From Alphaproteobacteria bacterium (lineage in GTDB: Bacteria; Pseudomonadota; Alphaproteobacteria; CALKHQ01): a DNA stretch of 64,000 nucleotides. The notes beneath the pieces were generated by a model. The model saw only the letters and a list, made by a program, of their open reading frames with translations, ran no database searches and was not told where the DNA came from. A program made the position numbers and the translations under genes. This document shows, in pieces, positions 19,893-29,885 of the stretch. Numbering within the stretch: position 1 is the stretch's first letter; every line of letters begins with the position of its first letter. The DNA lies in contig CBDDFZ010000001.1 of assembly GCA_965227515.1 (NCBI GenBank), forward strand, positions 864,001-928,000, given 5' to 3'.

Positions 19893-19967
19893 CGGTCATC
19901 TCCCCCTTCACGCGTCTGCCGCTTGCGTCCAAGCGGCATCTGACAGACTAGAGCACTATTCGGTTGA

Positions 19968-20052
19968 TCTGCGCCAGCCCTCTCCCCCACCCGGCCGCCC
20001 AGACAGGATACGATCGTTGGCCGGCCGGGTGGCGGAGAGGGCTGGAGCCGAC
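19968..20052. repeat. REP-like family A, copy 3 (loop inverted relative to its ends)
   Basis: TCTG..CCCGGCCGCCC AGACAGGATACGATCGTT GGCCGGCCGGG..GCCGAC. Confidence 0.9.
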
Positions 20053-20097
20053 CTAGCTTAGGCAAAAACCGATCTGGCGCGAGCTTCGGCATGTTCG

Positions 20098-22755
20098 CTA
20101 CTCCGATGCGATCAGGTCGTTCAGCGCCGACCCTTCGCCGCTCAGGTCTTCGTAACTGCCGGACTCGATCAGCCGCCCGCCCGACATCACCATGACGTGC
20201 TGGAAGTACATGGCGTGGCCCGGCCGGTGCAGCACCCACAACATGCCCTGGTCCTCGCGCAGCTTGATCAGGTTTTCCATCAGGCGGGTGTGGGTCGGCC
20301 CGTCCAGCGCCGACGTGGCCTGGTTCAGGATCAACAGCTTCGGGCGCTTGAGCAGCGAGCGCGCGATGGCGACCTTCTGGCGCTGGACGCTGGACAGGCG
20401 CGCGCCGGCGACACCGGCCTGATAGGTCGTGCCCACCCGCATCACGCTCTTGCGCAGGTCGCGCGCGTCCAACACCTCGCCGACCAGCGTGCCGATGCGC
20501 TGCTCGGCCTCCGGCTGGCCATAGGCAATCTTGCCGAACAGGATGTTGTCCTGGATCGAGGCCGGCGCGTTGTACTCGTCCGGTGCGTAGAACGCGATGC
20601 GGCCGTTCAGGTCCGCCGGCAGATTGTCGTGGAACAGCTTGCGCGCCGCCACCAGCTTCGTCTCGATGGTTTCGTCGATCAGACCCAGGCGATGGCGCGC
20701 CGGAATGATCTTGAACGGCAGCGACAGCAGCCGGTCGCGGTCCTCGTCCTGCAGCTCCTCCAGCGAGCCGCGGCCAACCCGGTTCAGGATCGACTGGAAC
20801 TCCGGCAGGTCGTCGGACTGGATGAAGCTGAACTGCTCGAAGAACTCGTGGCCCGGCGGCAGGTCGGCGAACAGCTCGACCATCGTCTCGGCGACCTGCC
20901 GGCCCATGTTCAGGAAGGTTCCGGTCAGGTCCGCCTTGTCCAGCACCCAGCGGACATATTCGTGGTTGGCGACCCGATCGACGTCGATGGCGTCGCCGAC
21001 CGGATTGCCGAACAACAGGTTTTCCGCCACCGAGGCATTGCTGTTGTAGCTGTCGCGGTCGAAGCGCTCGACCAGGGCGCCGTCGTCGGGGTGCTCGGCC
21101 AGCGTGTCGCGCAGGGCCGCGCGCGCGTCCAGGATGTTGCTGGCGATATCGGCCTGGCGCTCCGGGTCGATGTGGCCGCGCAGGCCGAACTTGTAGATGT
21201 CCTGTTCCAGCTCGACCGCGCGCAGGATTTCCAGCGCTGCCTCGATCAGGCCCTCGCGGTCCTCGACCCCGGCGGCGGCGTAGTCGATCCAGTCCAATTC
21301 GGAATCGTAGGGCGAGTTGCCCGCGTGCATCGCCTCGGCAAGCCATGCCTTGCGGTCGTCGTCGGCGCTCGCCTCGGCGCCCGCGTTCGGCCGGTGGCGC
21401 AGCCCGTAGGTCAGGTTTTCGGCCACCGAAGCGGCGAACAGATAGGCCGACGGGCCGACATAGCCGATATCGCGGCCGATGATCGCCTCCGGGATCGTCG
21501 CGGCCGGCTGGTCGCCAAAGCTCAGCGAACCGCTGGTCGGCGCCAGCAGCCTTGCGACCAGCAGCGCCAGATCGTCCTTGCCGCTGGCACCGTCGCCGAC
21601 CACGGCCACGTGCTTGTCCATCGGCAGGGTGGCCGAGACCGCCTGGATGCGCGGGCTGCCGTCCTCGTCCGCCAGGCCGGTGTTCGACAGCGTAATCGGG
21701 CCCGACAGCGGTGGCGCGTCCTCGGCCGGCGCCTCCTGCTGCGCCTCGTCCATCAGGCCGGGCGGGTCGAACTGCTCGATCACCTGCTCGTACTTGATCC
21801 GGGAGTCGGCCTGAAGTTGGTAGAAGGCCAGCAGCTCCTTCCACGGGCCGGACAGGTCCTTGTAGGCGGCCAGAACCGCCACCAGGGCGCCGAACGTCAG
21901 GTCGCCGTTGATCACCAGGTAGCCGCCGACCGAGTAGAAGAAGAAGGGCGTCAGCTGGGCGATGAAGTTATTGAGAAACTTGATGAAATACTTGCGGCGG
22001 AAAATCTCGTAGCGGATCTCGTAGATGGTGCCCAGGCGGTCGGAGATATCGGTCCGCTCCAGCGCGGACGTGTCGTGGGCATGCACCTCGCCCACCCCGG
22101 CGATGGTCTCGCCGATGCGGTCGGCCAGCTTGCGCACGGTCCGCACCCGTCTCTTGGCGAGTTGGTTGACCCGCGCCTGCAGCTTCGGGATCAGGTACAT
22201 CTGGATCGGGTAGAGCGAGATCGCCAGCACACCCAGCATCCAGTCCTGGATCATCATGAAGCCGATCAGGGTCAGCAGGTAGCCGCCCTGGAACGCCGGC
22301 GTGATGATCGCCGCCCCCATGAACCCGCCAAGCGGCTCCACCTCCGACGTGATCATCGGGATGATCTCGCCCTGGCTGACCTTGCGGAAGTGGGGCAGCG
22401 GAAACCGCAGGATGCGGCCGTAGAGCGTGTAGCGCAGCCGGCGCAGCAACTGCTCGCCCAGCCGTCCCTGGGAGACGTTCAGGTAGTATTTGATGCCGCC
22501 GTTGATCACCACCATCAGCAGGAACAGCAGGCTGAGCACGATCAGGAAGGTGATCTGGTCGAAGTCGATCGTGATGTCGGTGAACGGCACGGTCAGAAAA
22601 TACGGATCCTGACCGCCGATGGCTTCATTGACGATGACTTTCGGCAGGTCGAGCGAGAAATACAGCACCGGAAACGTCAGCACGGTAACGAACAGCAGCC
22701 AGATTTGCTGCCCGGACGAATGGCGCCAGATGTAGCGGTAGATATTTTGGTCCAT
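20098..22755 (-). CDS. Fused ABC exporter (TMD plus degenerate, insert-containing NBD)
   Basis: Type-1 TMD; GDGASGKD, LSSVQRQK, LLILNQAT; long insertion in the NBD. Confidence 0.88.
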   Translation of the reverse strand: MDQNIYRYIWRHSSGQQIWLLFVTVLTFPVLYFSLDLPKVIVNEAIGGQDPYFLTVPFTDITIDFDQITFLIVLSLLFLLMVVINGGIKYYLNVSQGRLGEQLLRRLRYTLYGRILRFPLPHFRKVSQGEIIPMITSEVEPLGGFMGAAIITPAFQGGYLLTLIGFMMIQDWMLGVLAISLYPIQMYLIPKLQARVNQLAKRRVRTVRKLADRIGETIAGVGEVHAHDTSALERTDISDRLGTIYEIRYEIFRRKYFIKFLNNFIAQLTPFFFYSVGGYLVINGDLTFGALVAVLAAYKDLSGPWKELLAFYQLQADSRIKYEQVIEQFDPPGLMDEAQQEAPAEDAPPLSGPITLSNTGLADEDGSPRIQAVSATLPMDKHVAVVGDGASGKDDLALLVARLLAPTSGSLSFGDQPAATIPEAIIGRDIGYVGPSAYLFAASVAENLTYGLRHRPNAGAEASADDDRKAWLAEAMHAGNSPYDSELDWIDYAAAGVEDREGLIEAALEILRAVELEQDIYKFGLRGHIDPERQADIASNILDARAALRDTLAEHPDDGALVERFDRDSYNSNASVAENLLFGNPVGDAIDVDRVANHEYVRWVLDKADLTGTFLNMGRQVAETMVELFADLPPGHEFFEQFSFIQSDDLPEFQSILNRVGRGSLEELQDEDRDRLLSLPFKIIPARHRLGLIDETIETKLVAARKLFHDNLPADLNGRIAFYAPDEYNAPASIQDNILFGKIAYGQPEAEQRIGTLVGEVLDARDLRKSVMRVGTTYQAGVAGARLSSVQRQKVAIARSLLKRPKLLILNQATSALDGPTHTRLMENLIKLREDQGMLWVLHRPGHAMYFQHVMVMSGGRLIESGSYEDLSGEGSALNDLIASE

Positions 22756-23041
22756 GCGCGTCCTGGGCGCGTTCTGGCGCCTGCGTGTCGACCGGTTTCC
22801 CGATTCTCAGACACCCGCACATGGCGGGCGGTCACAGGTATAGATCATTTTCAGCCATGGGGAAATCGGCTGCCGCAAGGCAGAATTGGCGGCGTCATGT
22901 GTTGGTCGCGGGCGGGCTTGCGTGCCATAGTGCCCGCGCCTGCGCACGCAGGGCCGGCCGACACCGGCTGCGGCGGTTGCGTCCGATCGGGAAACCGGGT
23001 GGCAGGGGAGGCCGCCCGAAAGGCGACGTGGGGGAGGGACG

Positions 23042-24265
23042 ATGGAGGCGACGGCGAGCATCCGCATCCTGATCTATAGCCACGACACGTTCGGCCTCGG
23101 CCACTTGCGCCGGTGCCGCGCCATCGCCCACGCCATGGTCGAGCGCAACAAGAACCTGTCGGTGCTGATCCTGTCCGGTTCGCCGATCATCGGCAGCTAC
23201 GACTTCCGCGCCCGGGTCGATTTCGTGCGCGTGCCCGGCGTCATCAAGTTGAGGAACGGCGAGTACACGTCGCTGTCGCTGCTGGTCGACACCCAGCAGA
23301 CACTGGACATCCGGGAATCGATCATCCGCCACACCGCCGAGATCTTCGACCCGCACCTGTTTCTGGTCGACAAGGAGCCGCTTGGCCTGCGCGGTGAGGT
23401 GAAGCCCACCCTGGAGGTGCTGAAACACCGCGGCACGCGCCTGGTGCTCGGCCTGCGCGACGTGATGGACGAACCGGCCAGCCTGGCGCCGGAATGGCAG
23501 CGCAAGAACGTGATGCCCGCGCTGCAATACCTCTACGACGACATCTGGGTCTATGGGCTGCGCGAGATCTGCGATCCGCTGGAAGGGCTGTCGATCCCGC
23601 CATCGGTCCGCGCGAAGATGCAATACACCGGCTATCTGCAGCGCAGCCTGCCGGCCACCGCCAGCGGTGCCGAGCTGGATGAGCGCATCGGCCGGCGCTA
23701 TGTGCTGGTGACGGCTGGCGGCGGCGGCGACGGCGAGAGCCTGATCGACTGGGTGATCTCCGCCTACGAGCACGACCCGACGCTGGAGCCGGCCGCGCTG
23801 ATTGTGTTCGGGCCGTTCATGGCGCCGGACCATCGCGACGCCTATCTGGCGCGGATCTCCAAGCTGGACAATGTCGGCGCCCTGGTGTTCGACGCCCATA
23901 TCGAATCCCTGATCGACGACGCCGTCGGCATGGTCACCATGGGCGGCTACAACACGTTCTGCGAGATCCTGTCGTTCGACAAACCGGCGGTGATCGTGCC
24001 GCGCACGGAGCCACGCATGGAACAGTACATTCGGGCCGAGCGGGCGGAGGCGCTGGGCCTGGCCCAGATGCTGCCCGACGACGGCAGCCGCGTGCCGCAG
24101 GCAATGGCCGATGCCATTCGCCAGTTGCCGCATCGCCGCAAGCCGTCGAGCGCGATGATCCCCGGCATGCTGGACGGGTTGGACATGGTGAACCGGTTGA
24201 TGCTGCGCGCCATCGGCCAGCCCGACCACGGCCTTGAGGATGTAGCCCGGCGGGTCGGGTCGTGA
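23042..24265 (+). CDS. Predicted GT-B glycosyltransferase (GT28 C-terminal-like)
   Basis: YSHDTFGLGH, TAGGGGDG, MGGYNT, PR..PRMEQ. Confidence 0.88.
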   Translation: MEATASIRILIYSHDTFGLGHLRRCRAIAHAMVERNKNLSVLILSGSPIIGSYDFRARVDFVRVPGVIKLRNGEYTSLSLLVDTQQTLDIRESIIRHTAEIFDPHLFLVDKEPLGLRGEVKPTLEVLKHRGTRLVLGLRDVMDEPASLAPEWQRKNVMPALQYLYDDIWVYGLREICDPLEGLSIPPSVRAKMQYTGYLQRSLPATASGAELDERIGRRYVLVTAGGGGDGESLIDWVISAYEHDPTLEPAALIVFGPFMAPDHRDAYLARISKLDNVGALVFDAHIESLIDDAVGMVTMGGYNTFCEILSFDKPAVIVPRTEPRMEQYIRAERAEALGLAQMLPDDGSRVPQAMADAIRQLPHRRKPSSAMIPGMLDGLDMVNRLMLRAIGQPDHGLEDVARRVGS

Positions 24266-25593
24266 GCATGGCGGACGTGATGAACCGGCCCGGTGGCGGG
24301 CGCCTCGCCGTGGTGGTGAAGGGCTATCCCAGGCTGAGCGAGACCTTCATCGCGCAGGAAATTCATGGCCTGCAGAAGCGCGGCATCCCGCTGGTCATCG
24401 TTTCGCTGCGGCACCCCTACGACCCCGGCACCCACCCCATCCACGACCAGATCGACGCGCCGGTGATCTACCTGCCGGAGTACCTGGAGGACGACCGCGA
24501 GCGGGTGCGGCGCGCCTGGCGCACGGTGCGCGAGCGGCCCGGCTATCGCGAGGCCTGGAACACCTTCCGCGCCGATTTCGCCCGCGACCGCACCGACAAT
24601 CGGATCAGGCGCTTCGGCCAGGCCATGGTGATGGCGGCGGAACTCCCGGAGGATGTGAGCGCGATCTACGTCCACTTCCTGCACACGCCGGCCTCGGTCG
24701 GCCGCTATGGCGCGCGGATTCTGGGGCTGCCCTGGGCTTGCTCCGCCCATGCCAAGGACGTGTGGACCACGCCGGAGTGGGAGATTCGCGAGAAACTGGC
24801 CGACATGGAATGGCTGGTCACCTGCACCAAGATCAACGCCGAGCACTTGCGCGGCCTGGCGGATGATCCGGACAAGGTGTCGCTGCTGTACCACGGCATC
24901 GATCTCGATCGTTTCGGCGAGGTCCAGGGCTCGGGCGAAGTGCGCACCGGTTTCGATCCGGACAAGCCGGTACGCCTGTTCAGCGTCGGCCGGGTGGTGC
25001 CGAAGAAGGGGTTCGACGACCTGATCCGCGTGCTCGCCAGCCTGCCGCGCACCCTGCACTGGCACTGGACCCACATCGGCGGCGGCGCCCAACTGGAAGA
25101 GATGAAGCACCTGGCGCGGGGTCTCGGCATCGCCGACCGGGTCGACTGGCTGGGACCGCAGAACCAGGACGTGGTGCTGCTGGGCTACCGGTCTTCGGAG
25201 CTGTTCGTGCTGCCGTGCAAGATCGCGGAGGACGGCGACCGCGACGGGCTGCCCAACGTGCTGATGGAGGCGCAGAGCCAGGCGCTGTGCTGCCTGTCGA
25301 CCGATGTCTCCGCGGTGCCGGAGCTGATCGAGGATGGCGTCACCGGCGTGCTGGTGCCGCCGGGCGACAAGATGAGGCTGGCCGAGCAGTTGATCCGGCT
25401 GATCGGCTCGCCCGGCCTGCGCGGGCAGCTTGGCCGCAATGGCGCCGCCAATGTGCGCAACCGCTTCAACCACGAGGACGGCATCGGCGGCCTGGCCGAC
25501 CGGCTGAACCGCCTGCGCGGCGCCGATCCGGCGGCCGTGCGCGCCCCGGGCTCCGGCGCGGCACCCGACCTGACGCCCGCCAACCAGCCCTGA
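24262..25593 (+). CDS. GT4 glycosyltransferase (WcaL-like)
   Basis: YPRLSETFI, HAKD, VGRVVPKKG, DRDGLPNVLMEA. Confidence 0.9.
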   Translation: MSMADVMNRPGGGRLAVVVKGYPRLSETFIAQEIHGLQKRGIPLVIVSLRHPYDPGTHPIHDQIDAPVIYLPEYLEDDRERVRRAWRTVRERPGYREAWNTFRADFARDRTDNRIRRFGQAMVMAAELPEDVSAIYVHFLHTPASVGRYGARILGLPWACSAHAKDVWTTPEWEIREKLADMEWLVTCTKINAEHLRGLADDPDKVSLLYHGIDLDRFGEVQGSGEVRTGFDPDKPVRLFSVGRVVPKKGFDDLIRVLASLPRTLHWHWTHIGGGAQLEEMKHLARGLGIADRVDWLGPQNQDVVLLGYRSSELFVLPCKIAEDGDRDGLPNVLMEAQSQALCCLSTDVSAVPELIEDGVTGVLVPPGDKMRLAEQLIRLIGSPGLRGQLGRNGAANVRNRFNHEDGIGGLADRLNRLRGADPAAVRAPGSGAAPDLTPANQP

Positions 25594-25600
25594 TAGTCCC

Positions 25601-26746
25601 GTGCGCGTCGCCTTCTATGCGCCACTGAAGGCGCCGGTCCATCCGGTGCCGTCCGGCGACCGGCGCATGGCGCGCCTGCTGTTCCAGGCGCTGCGGACCG
25701 GCGGCCACGATGTCGAACTGGCCTCGACCCTGCGCGCCTACTGTGCTTCGCCGGACTTGCTTGGCGAACGACAGCGCGCGGCGGAAGCGGCGGCGGCACG
25801 ATTGGCCGGCGGTTTGCGTGCCCGGCCGATGCGCGACCGGCCGCGGGCGTGGCTGACCTATCACCTCTATTACAAGGCGCCGGACTGGATCGGCCCCACC
25901 GTCGCCCGCGCGCTCGAGGTGCCGTACCTGGTGGTCGAGGCGTCCTCGGCCCCGAAGCGCCTGGCCGGCCCATGGGCGCCCGGCGAGCGGGCAGTGGCGG
26001 CGGCGCTGGCGCGCGCCGAGGCGGTGCTTTCGCTGAACCCGCGCGACGACGACGGTGTGATCGCCCATCTCGACCGTAGCGACCGCCTGTTCCGGTTGCC
26101 GCCGTTCCTGGACGTGACGGCCTATGCCGATGCGCCGGCACGGCGGGAACGGGCGCGCGCGGACCTCGCGGCCGAATACGGCCTGCCATTGGATGGCACG
26201 CCCTGGCTTGCCACCGTCGCGATGATGCGTTCGGGCGACAAGCTCGCCTCCTACCGTCTGCTGGCGGCGGCGCTGGACCGGCTGGCCGGCACGCCGCTGC
26301 GGCTGCTGGTCGCGGGCGATGGCGAGGCCCGCGCGGAGGTGGCGGCGTTGCTCGGCAACCGCGCCGTCTTTCTGGGCGAGCTCGGTCCCGACCGGCTGCT
26401 CGACCTCTATGCCGCGGCCGACCTCTATGTCTGGCCGGCGGTCAACGAGGCATTCGGCATGGCGTTCCTGGAGGCACGCGCCGCCGGCCTGCCCGCGGTC
26501 GGCGGCAACGAGGGCGGCGTCGCCGGCGTGATTTCCGACGGCGAGACCGGTCTTTTGGCGAATCCGCGCGACCCGGATGCGCTTGCCGATTCCATTCTGT
26601 CGCTATTGCGCTATCCTGAAACCCTGCGGCGGATGTCGCGGGAAGCACTCCGGTCCGCCGCGGCCGACCACAATATCGATCAGGCAGCGCAGCGGCTGAC
26701 CGCAGCCATTGCGTTCGCACGTGAAAACCGCCGAACGGGCTCATGA
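25601..26746 (+). CDS. GT4 glycosyltransferase
   Basis: PSGDR, YHLYYKAPD, EAFGMAFLEA. Confidence 0.9.
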   Translation: MRVAFYAPLKAPVHPVPSGDRRMARLLFQALRTGGHDVELASTLRAYCASPDLLGERQRAAEAAAARLAGGLRARPMRDRPRAWLTYHLYYKAPDWIGPTVARALEVPYLVVEASSAPKRLAGPWAPGERAVAAALARAEAVLSLNPRDDDGVIAHLDRSDRLFRLPPFLDVTAYADAPARRERARADLAAEYGLPLDGTPWLATVAMMRSGDKLASYRLLAAALDRLAGTPLRLLVAGDGEARAEVAALLGNRAVFLGELGPDRLLDLYAAADLYVWPAVNEAFGMAFLEARAAGLPAVGGNEGGVAGVISDGETGLLANPRDPDALADSILSLLRYPETLRRMSREALRSAAADHNIDQAAQRLTAAIAFARENRRTGS

Positions 26747-27387
26747 CGCAACTCGCCATCATCCGACACGGTCCCACCCAATGGAACGCGGCGCGCAAGC
26801 TGCAAGGCCACACCGACGTACCGCTCAGCCGCGAGGGCCGGGCGATGGTGCGCGGCTGGCGGCTGCCGGACGAGCTGCGCGACCACAGATGGGTCTCCAG
26901 CCCGCTGAGCCGGGCGCTGGAAACCGCGCGCATCATGGGCGCGCCGACAGATATCGGCCTCGAGCCACGGTTGCGCGAAGTCGGCTATGGCGACTGGGAG
27001 GGGCGGACCTACGCCAGCATCGTGCGCGAGATCGGCGAGGATGCGATGAACGCGCTGCAGGCGCGCGGCCTGGACTATCAGCCGCCCGGCGGCGAGAGCC
27101 GTCGCGAATTCCACGACCGGCTGAACGACTGGCTGCGCGACATCGCCCACGAGGGCGGCCGCGTGCTGGCCTTCGCCCACCAGGGCGTCATTCGTGCCCT
27201 GGCCGCCATCGCCCACGACTGGGACTATCTGGGCAAGCCGCCGGGCCAGCTCTCAAGCCTGAAGATCCGCGCCGTGGCCCACTATTTCGAGGTGGCGGAC
27301 GGCGGCAAGCTGACCATCCGCACCCTCAACGTGCCGCTGGCCCAAAGCGCGCACGCCGTCAGCGCCGACCCCATGGTCGGCCGCTAG
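26743..27387 (+). CDS. Histidine phosphatase (phosphoglycerate mutase family)
   Basis: IRHG, SSPLSRA, GDWEG, PPGGES, AHQG; ATGA overlap. Confidence 0.92.
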   Translation: MTQLAIIRHGPTQWNAARKLQGHTDVPLSREGRAMVRGWRLPDELRDHRWVSSPLSRALETARIMGAPTDIGLEPRLREVGYGDWEGRTYASIVREIGEDAMNALQARGLDYQPPGGESRREFHDRLNDWLRDIAHEGGRVLAFAHQGVIRALAAIAHDWDYLGKPPGQLSSLKIRAVAHYFEVADGGKLTIRTLNVPLAQSAHAVSADPMVGR

Positions 27388-27390
27388 TTC

Positions 27391-28500
27391 ATGAGCCAGT
27401 CGCCGAACATCCGCACGTTCAAAATCGCCGTGTTCCCCGGCGACGGAATCGGGCGGGAAGTGATGGCGCCGTGCCTGGTGCTGCTGAACGACGTGATGGC
27501 GGCGGCCGGTGATGCCCGGCTGGAGTTCGTGGAGATGGAGGCCGGCGCCGACCTCTATCACCGGACCGGCGATGCGCTGCCCCAGGAGACACTGGATGAG
27601 GCCGGCCGCGCCGACGCCATCCTGCTCGGCGCCATGGGCGACCCCAACATTCGCTATGCCGACGGCCGGGAGATCGCGCCGCAGGTCGACATCCGCGAGG
27701 CGTTCCAGCTCTTCGCCGGGGTGCGGCCGATCCGCACCTGGCCGGGCCTGCCGTCGGTGCTGAGCGATCCTCGCGCGGCGGCGCTGGACGTGATCCTGAT
27801 CCGCGAATCGACCGAGGGCATGTTCGCCGGCCGCAAGTCGGGCGTGGTCACCGCCGATGTGGCCCACGACACCATGACGATCACCCGTCCCGCCAGCGAG
27901 CGGCTGTTCGACTTCGCCTTCACGCTGGGGCGGCGGCGCAAGGCGGCGGGCCATCCCGGCCGGGTCACCTGCGTCGACAAGGCCAACATCTTCGGCTCGT
28001 TCGCGTTCTTCCGCTCGATATTCGACGAGCGCGCCACGCACTATGCGGACGTCACCGCGGAGCACTGCCACGTCGACGCGGCGGCCATGCACATGGTGCG
28101 CAGCCCGTGGTCGTTCGACGTGATGGTGACCGAGAACCTGCTGGGCGACATCCTGTCCGACCTGGGCGCCGGGCTGATGGGCGGCATGGGCATGGCGCCG
28201 TCGGCCGACATCGGGGCCGAGAACGCCGTGTTCCAGCCGTGCCACGGGACCGCGCCGGATATCGTCGGCTCCGGCAAGGCCAACCCGACGGCGATGTTCC
28301 TGTCGGCGGCGATGATGCTGGACTGGCTGGGCGAGCGGCATGCGGTGCCGGGCTGCCGCACGGCGGCGGGCATGATCGACGGCGCGGTGCAGGCCGCGTT
28401 CGCGCACGGGACGCTGAAGCCTTTCGAACTCGGCGGCGACGCCGGGCTGGACGCAATCACCGGTGCGATCCGCGGCGAGCTGGAGCAGCCGGCGGGTTGA
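27391..28500 (+). CDS. Isocitrate/isopropylmalate/tartrate dehydrogenase family protein
   Basis: PGDGIG, RESTEG, DKAN, GDILSD, HGTAPDI. Confidence 0.9.
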   Translation: MSQSPNIRTFKIAVFPGDGIGREVMAPCLVLLNDVMAAAGDARLEFVEMEAGADLYHRTGDALPQETLDEAGRADAILLGAMGDPNIRYADGREIAPQVDIREAFQLFAGVRPIRTWPGLPSVLSDPRAAALDVILIRESTEGMFAGRKSGVVTADVAHDTMTITRPASERLFDFAFTLGRRRKAAGHPGRVTCVDKANIFGSFAFFRSIFDERATHYADVTAEHCHVDAAAMHMVRSPWSFDVMVTENLLGDILSDLGAGLMGGMGMAPSADIGAENAVFQPCHGTAPDIVGSGKANPTAMFLSAAMMLDWLGERHAVPGCRTAAGMIDGAVQAAFAHGTLKPFELGGDAGLDAITGAIRGELEQPAG

Positions 28501-28507
28501 TCGTGGA

Positions 28508-28613
28508 CAGCTTGCGCTGAGTTCTGCGCCAGCCCTCTCCCCCACCCGGCCACCCACGAGAGTATCCTGTCTGGGTGGCCGGGTGGGGGAGAGGGCCGGT
28601 GCCGAATTGAACG
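28508..28613. repeat. REP-like family A, copy 4 with CAGCTTGCGCTGA flank
   Basis: Same arms, loop with TATCCTG; flank identical to that of copy 5. Confidence 0.9.
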
Positions 28614-28681
28614 ACAAGGAATAGACCGAATACCCTGGGTCCCCAATATCAGCAGGGGCAAATGTTTGATGGAGGCGCGAC

Positions 28682-29671
28682 ATGGGCGTGATGATCGACG
28701 GCCAGTGGTTCGAGGGGTTCCACAAGACGCGCAAAACCGGCGAAGGCGGCCGGTTCGTTCGCCAGCAGTCCAAGTTCCGCAGTTGGGTCACCGCTGACGG
28801 CAGCGCCGGTCCCACCGGCGAGGACGGCTTCGCGGCCGAGGCGGGCCGCTATCACCTCTATGTCTCCCTGGCATGCCCGTGGGCGCACCGCACCCTGATC
28901 TTACGCGCGCTGAAACGGCTGGAGGACGCGATCTCGCTGTCGGTGGTCGACTACTTCATGGGCGAAAACGGCTGGGAGTTCAGCGACCGGCCCGGTGCGG
29001 TGCCGGACACGGTGAACGATGCCGCCTTCCTGTATCAGGTCTACACCACGGCGGAGCGCACCTATACCGGACGGATCACGGTGCCGGTGCTGTGGGACAA
29101 GCAGCGCAAGACCATCGTCAACAACGAGTCCGCCGAGATCATCCGCATGTTCAACACCGCGTTCGATGGGTTGGGCGGCGGTGTCGGCAACCCGGACCTG
29201 GACCTCTATCCCGAGGACCTGCGCGACGAGATCGAGGCGGTGAACGACCGCGTCTACGACACCGTCAACAACGGGGTCTACAAGTGCGGCTTCGCCACCA
29301 CCCAGGACGCCTATGACGAGGCCATCGGCCCACTGTTCGACACGCTGGACTGGCTGGAGGCGCGGCTGTCGCGGCAGGCGTTCGTCGCCGGCGACCGGCT
29401 GACCGAGGCCGACTGGCGCCTGTTCACCACCCTGGTGCGCTTCGACCCGGTCTACAACACCCACTTCAAGTGCAATGTGCGCCGTTTGGTCGACTATCCC
29501 AACCTCTGGGCCTACACGCGCCAGCTCTACCAGATGCCGGGGGTCGCGGGGACGGTGAACTTCGACCACATCAAGGGCCACTACTACACCAGCCACGAGT
29601 CGGTGAACCCGCACCGCATTGTGCCTGCAGGCCCGCTGGTCGACTTCGACGAACCTCACGGGCGCGGTTGA
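28682..29671 (+). CDS. yqjG: Glutathionyl-hydroquinone reductase (Xi-class GST)
   Basis: ACPWAHR, TVPVLWD, NNES, NNGVYKCGF, HFKCN. Confidence 0.92.
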   Translation: MGVMIDGQWFEGFHKTRKTGEGGRFVRQQSKFRSWVTADGSAGPTGEDGFAAEAGRYHLYVSLACPWAHRTLILRALKRLEDAISLSVVDYFMGENGWEFSDRPGAVPDTVNDAAFLYQVYTTAERTYTGRITVPVLWDKQRKTIVNNESAEIIRMFNTAFDGLGGGVGNPDLDLYPEDLRDEIEAVNDRVYDTVNNGVYKCGFATTQDAYDEAIGPLFDTLDWLEARLSRQAFVAGDRLTEADWRLFTTLVRFDPVYNTHFKCNVRRLVDYPNLWAYTRQLYQMPGVAGTVNFDHIKGHYYTSHESVNPHRIVPAGPLVDFDEPHGRG

Positions 29672-29696
29672 ACGGTCTGGCCGCCCCCTGAGATCT

Positions 29697-29872
29697 GTCG
29701 TCCTCGCCCTTGTGGCGAGGACCTATTTGTGTCCAATACGCCAATAGACCCAATAGACTACGAGTGTGACTGGCGTTTGCGGCGGCTACGGAGCGGTTCG
29801 TCAGGCTCAAGCCACCGGGCACGGACCACGCCGTCGGCGAAATGGGCCCTCGCCACGGCGGGCGAGGGCGAC
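29697..29872 (+). repeat. Family B element copy 1 (176 bp, 115-bp core)
   Basis: Inverted hairpin ends GTCGTCCTCGCCCTTGTGGCGAGGACCTAT ... ATGGGCCCTCGCCACGGCGGGCGAGGGCGAC. Confidence 0.9.
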
Positions 29873-29885
29873 GAGAGATGGATGG

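Noticed and set aside
17140-22755. ABC exporter as the type I secretion ATPase for the RTX protein
   Set aside because: The NBD is degenerate and there is no HlyD or TolC partner nearby.
22910-22930. TGGCACG sigma-54-like site upstream of the ABC gene (also TGGCGC near 9460)
   Set aside because: GG to GC spacing is off by one in both cases.
19889-23079. Long alternative ORFs (651 aa minus, 960 aa plus) over the ABC gene
   Set aside because: Off-frame or antisense shadows; the 885-aa frame carries all the motifs.
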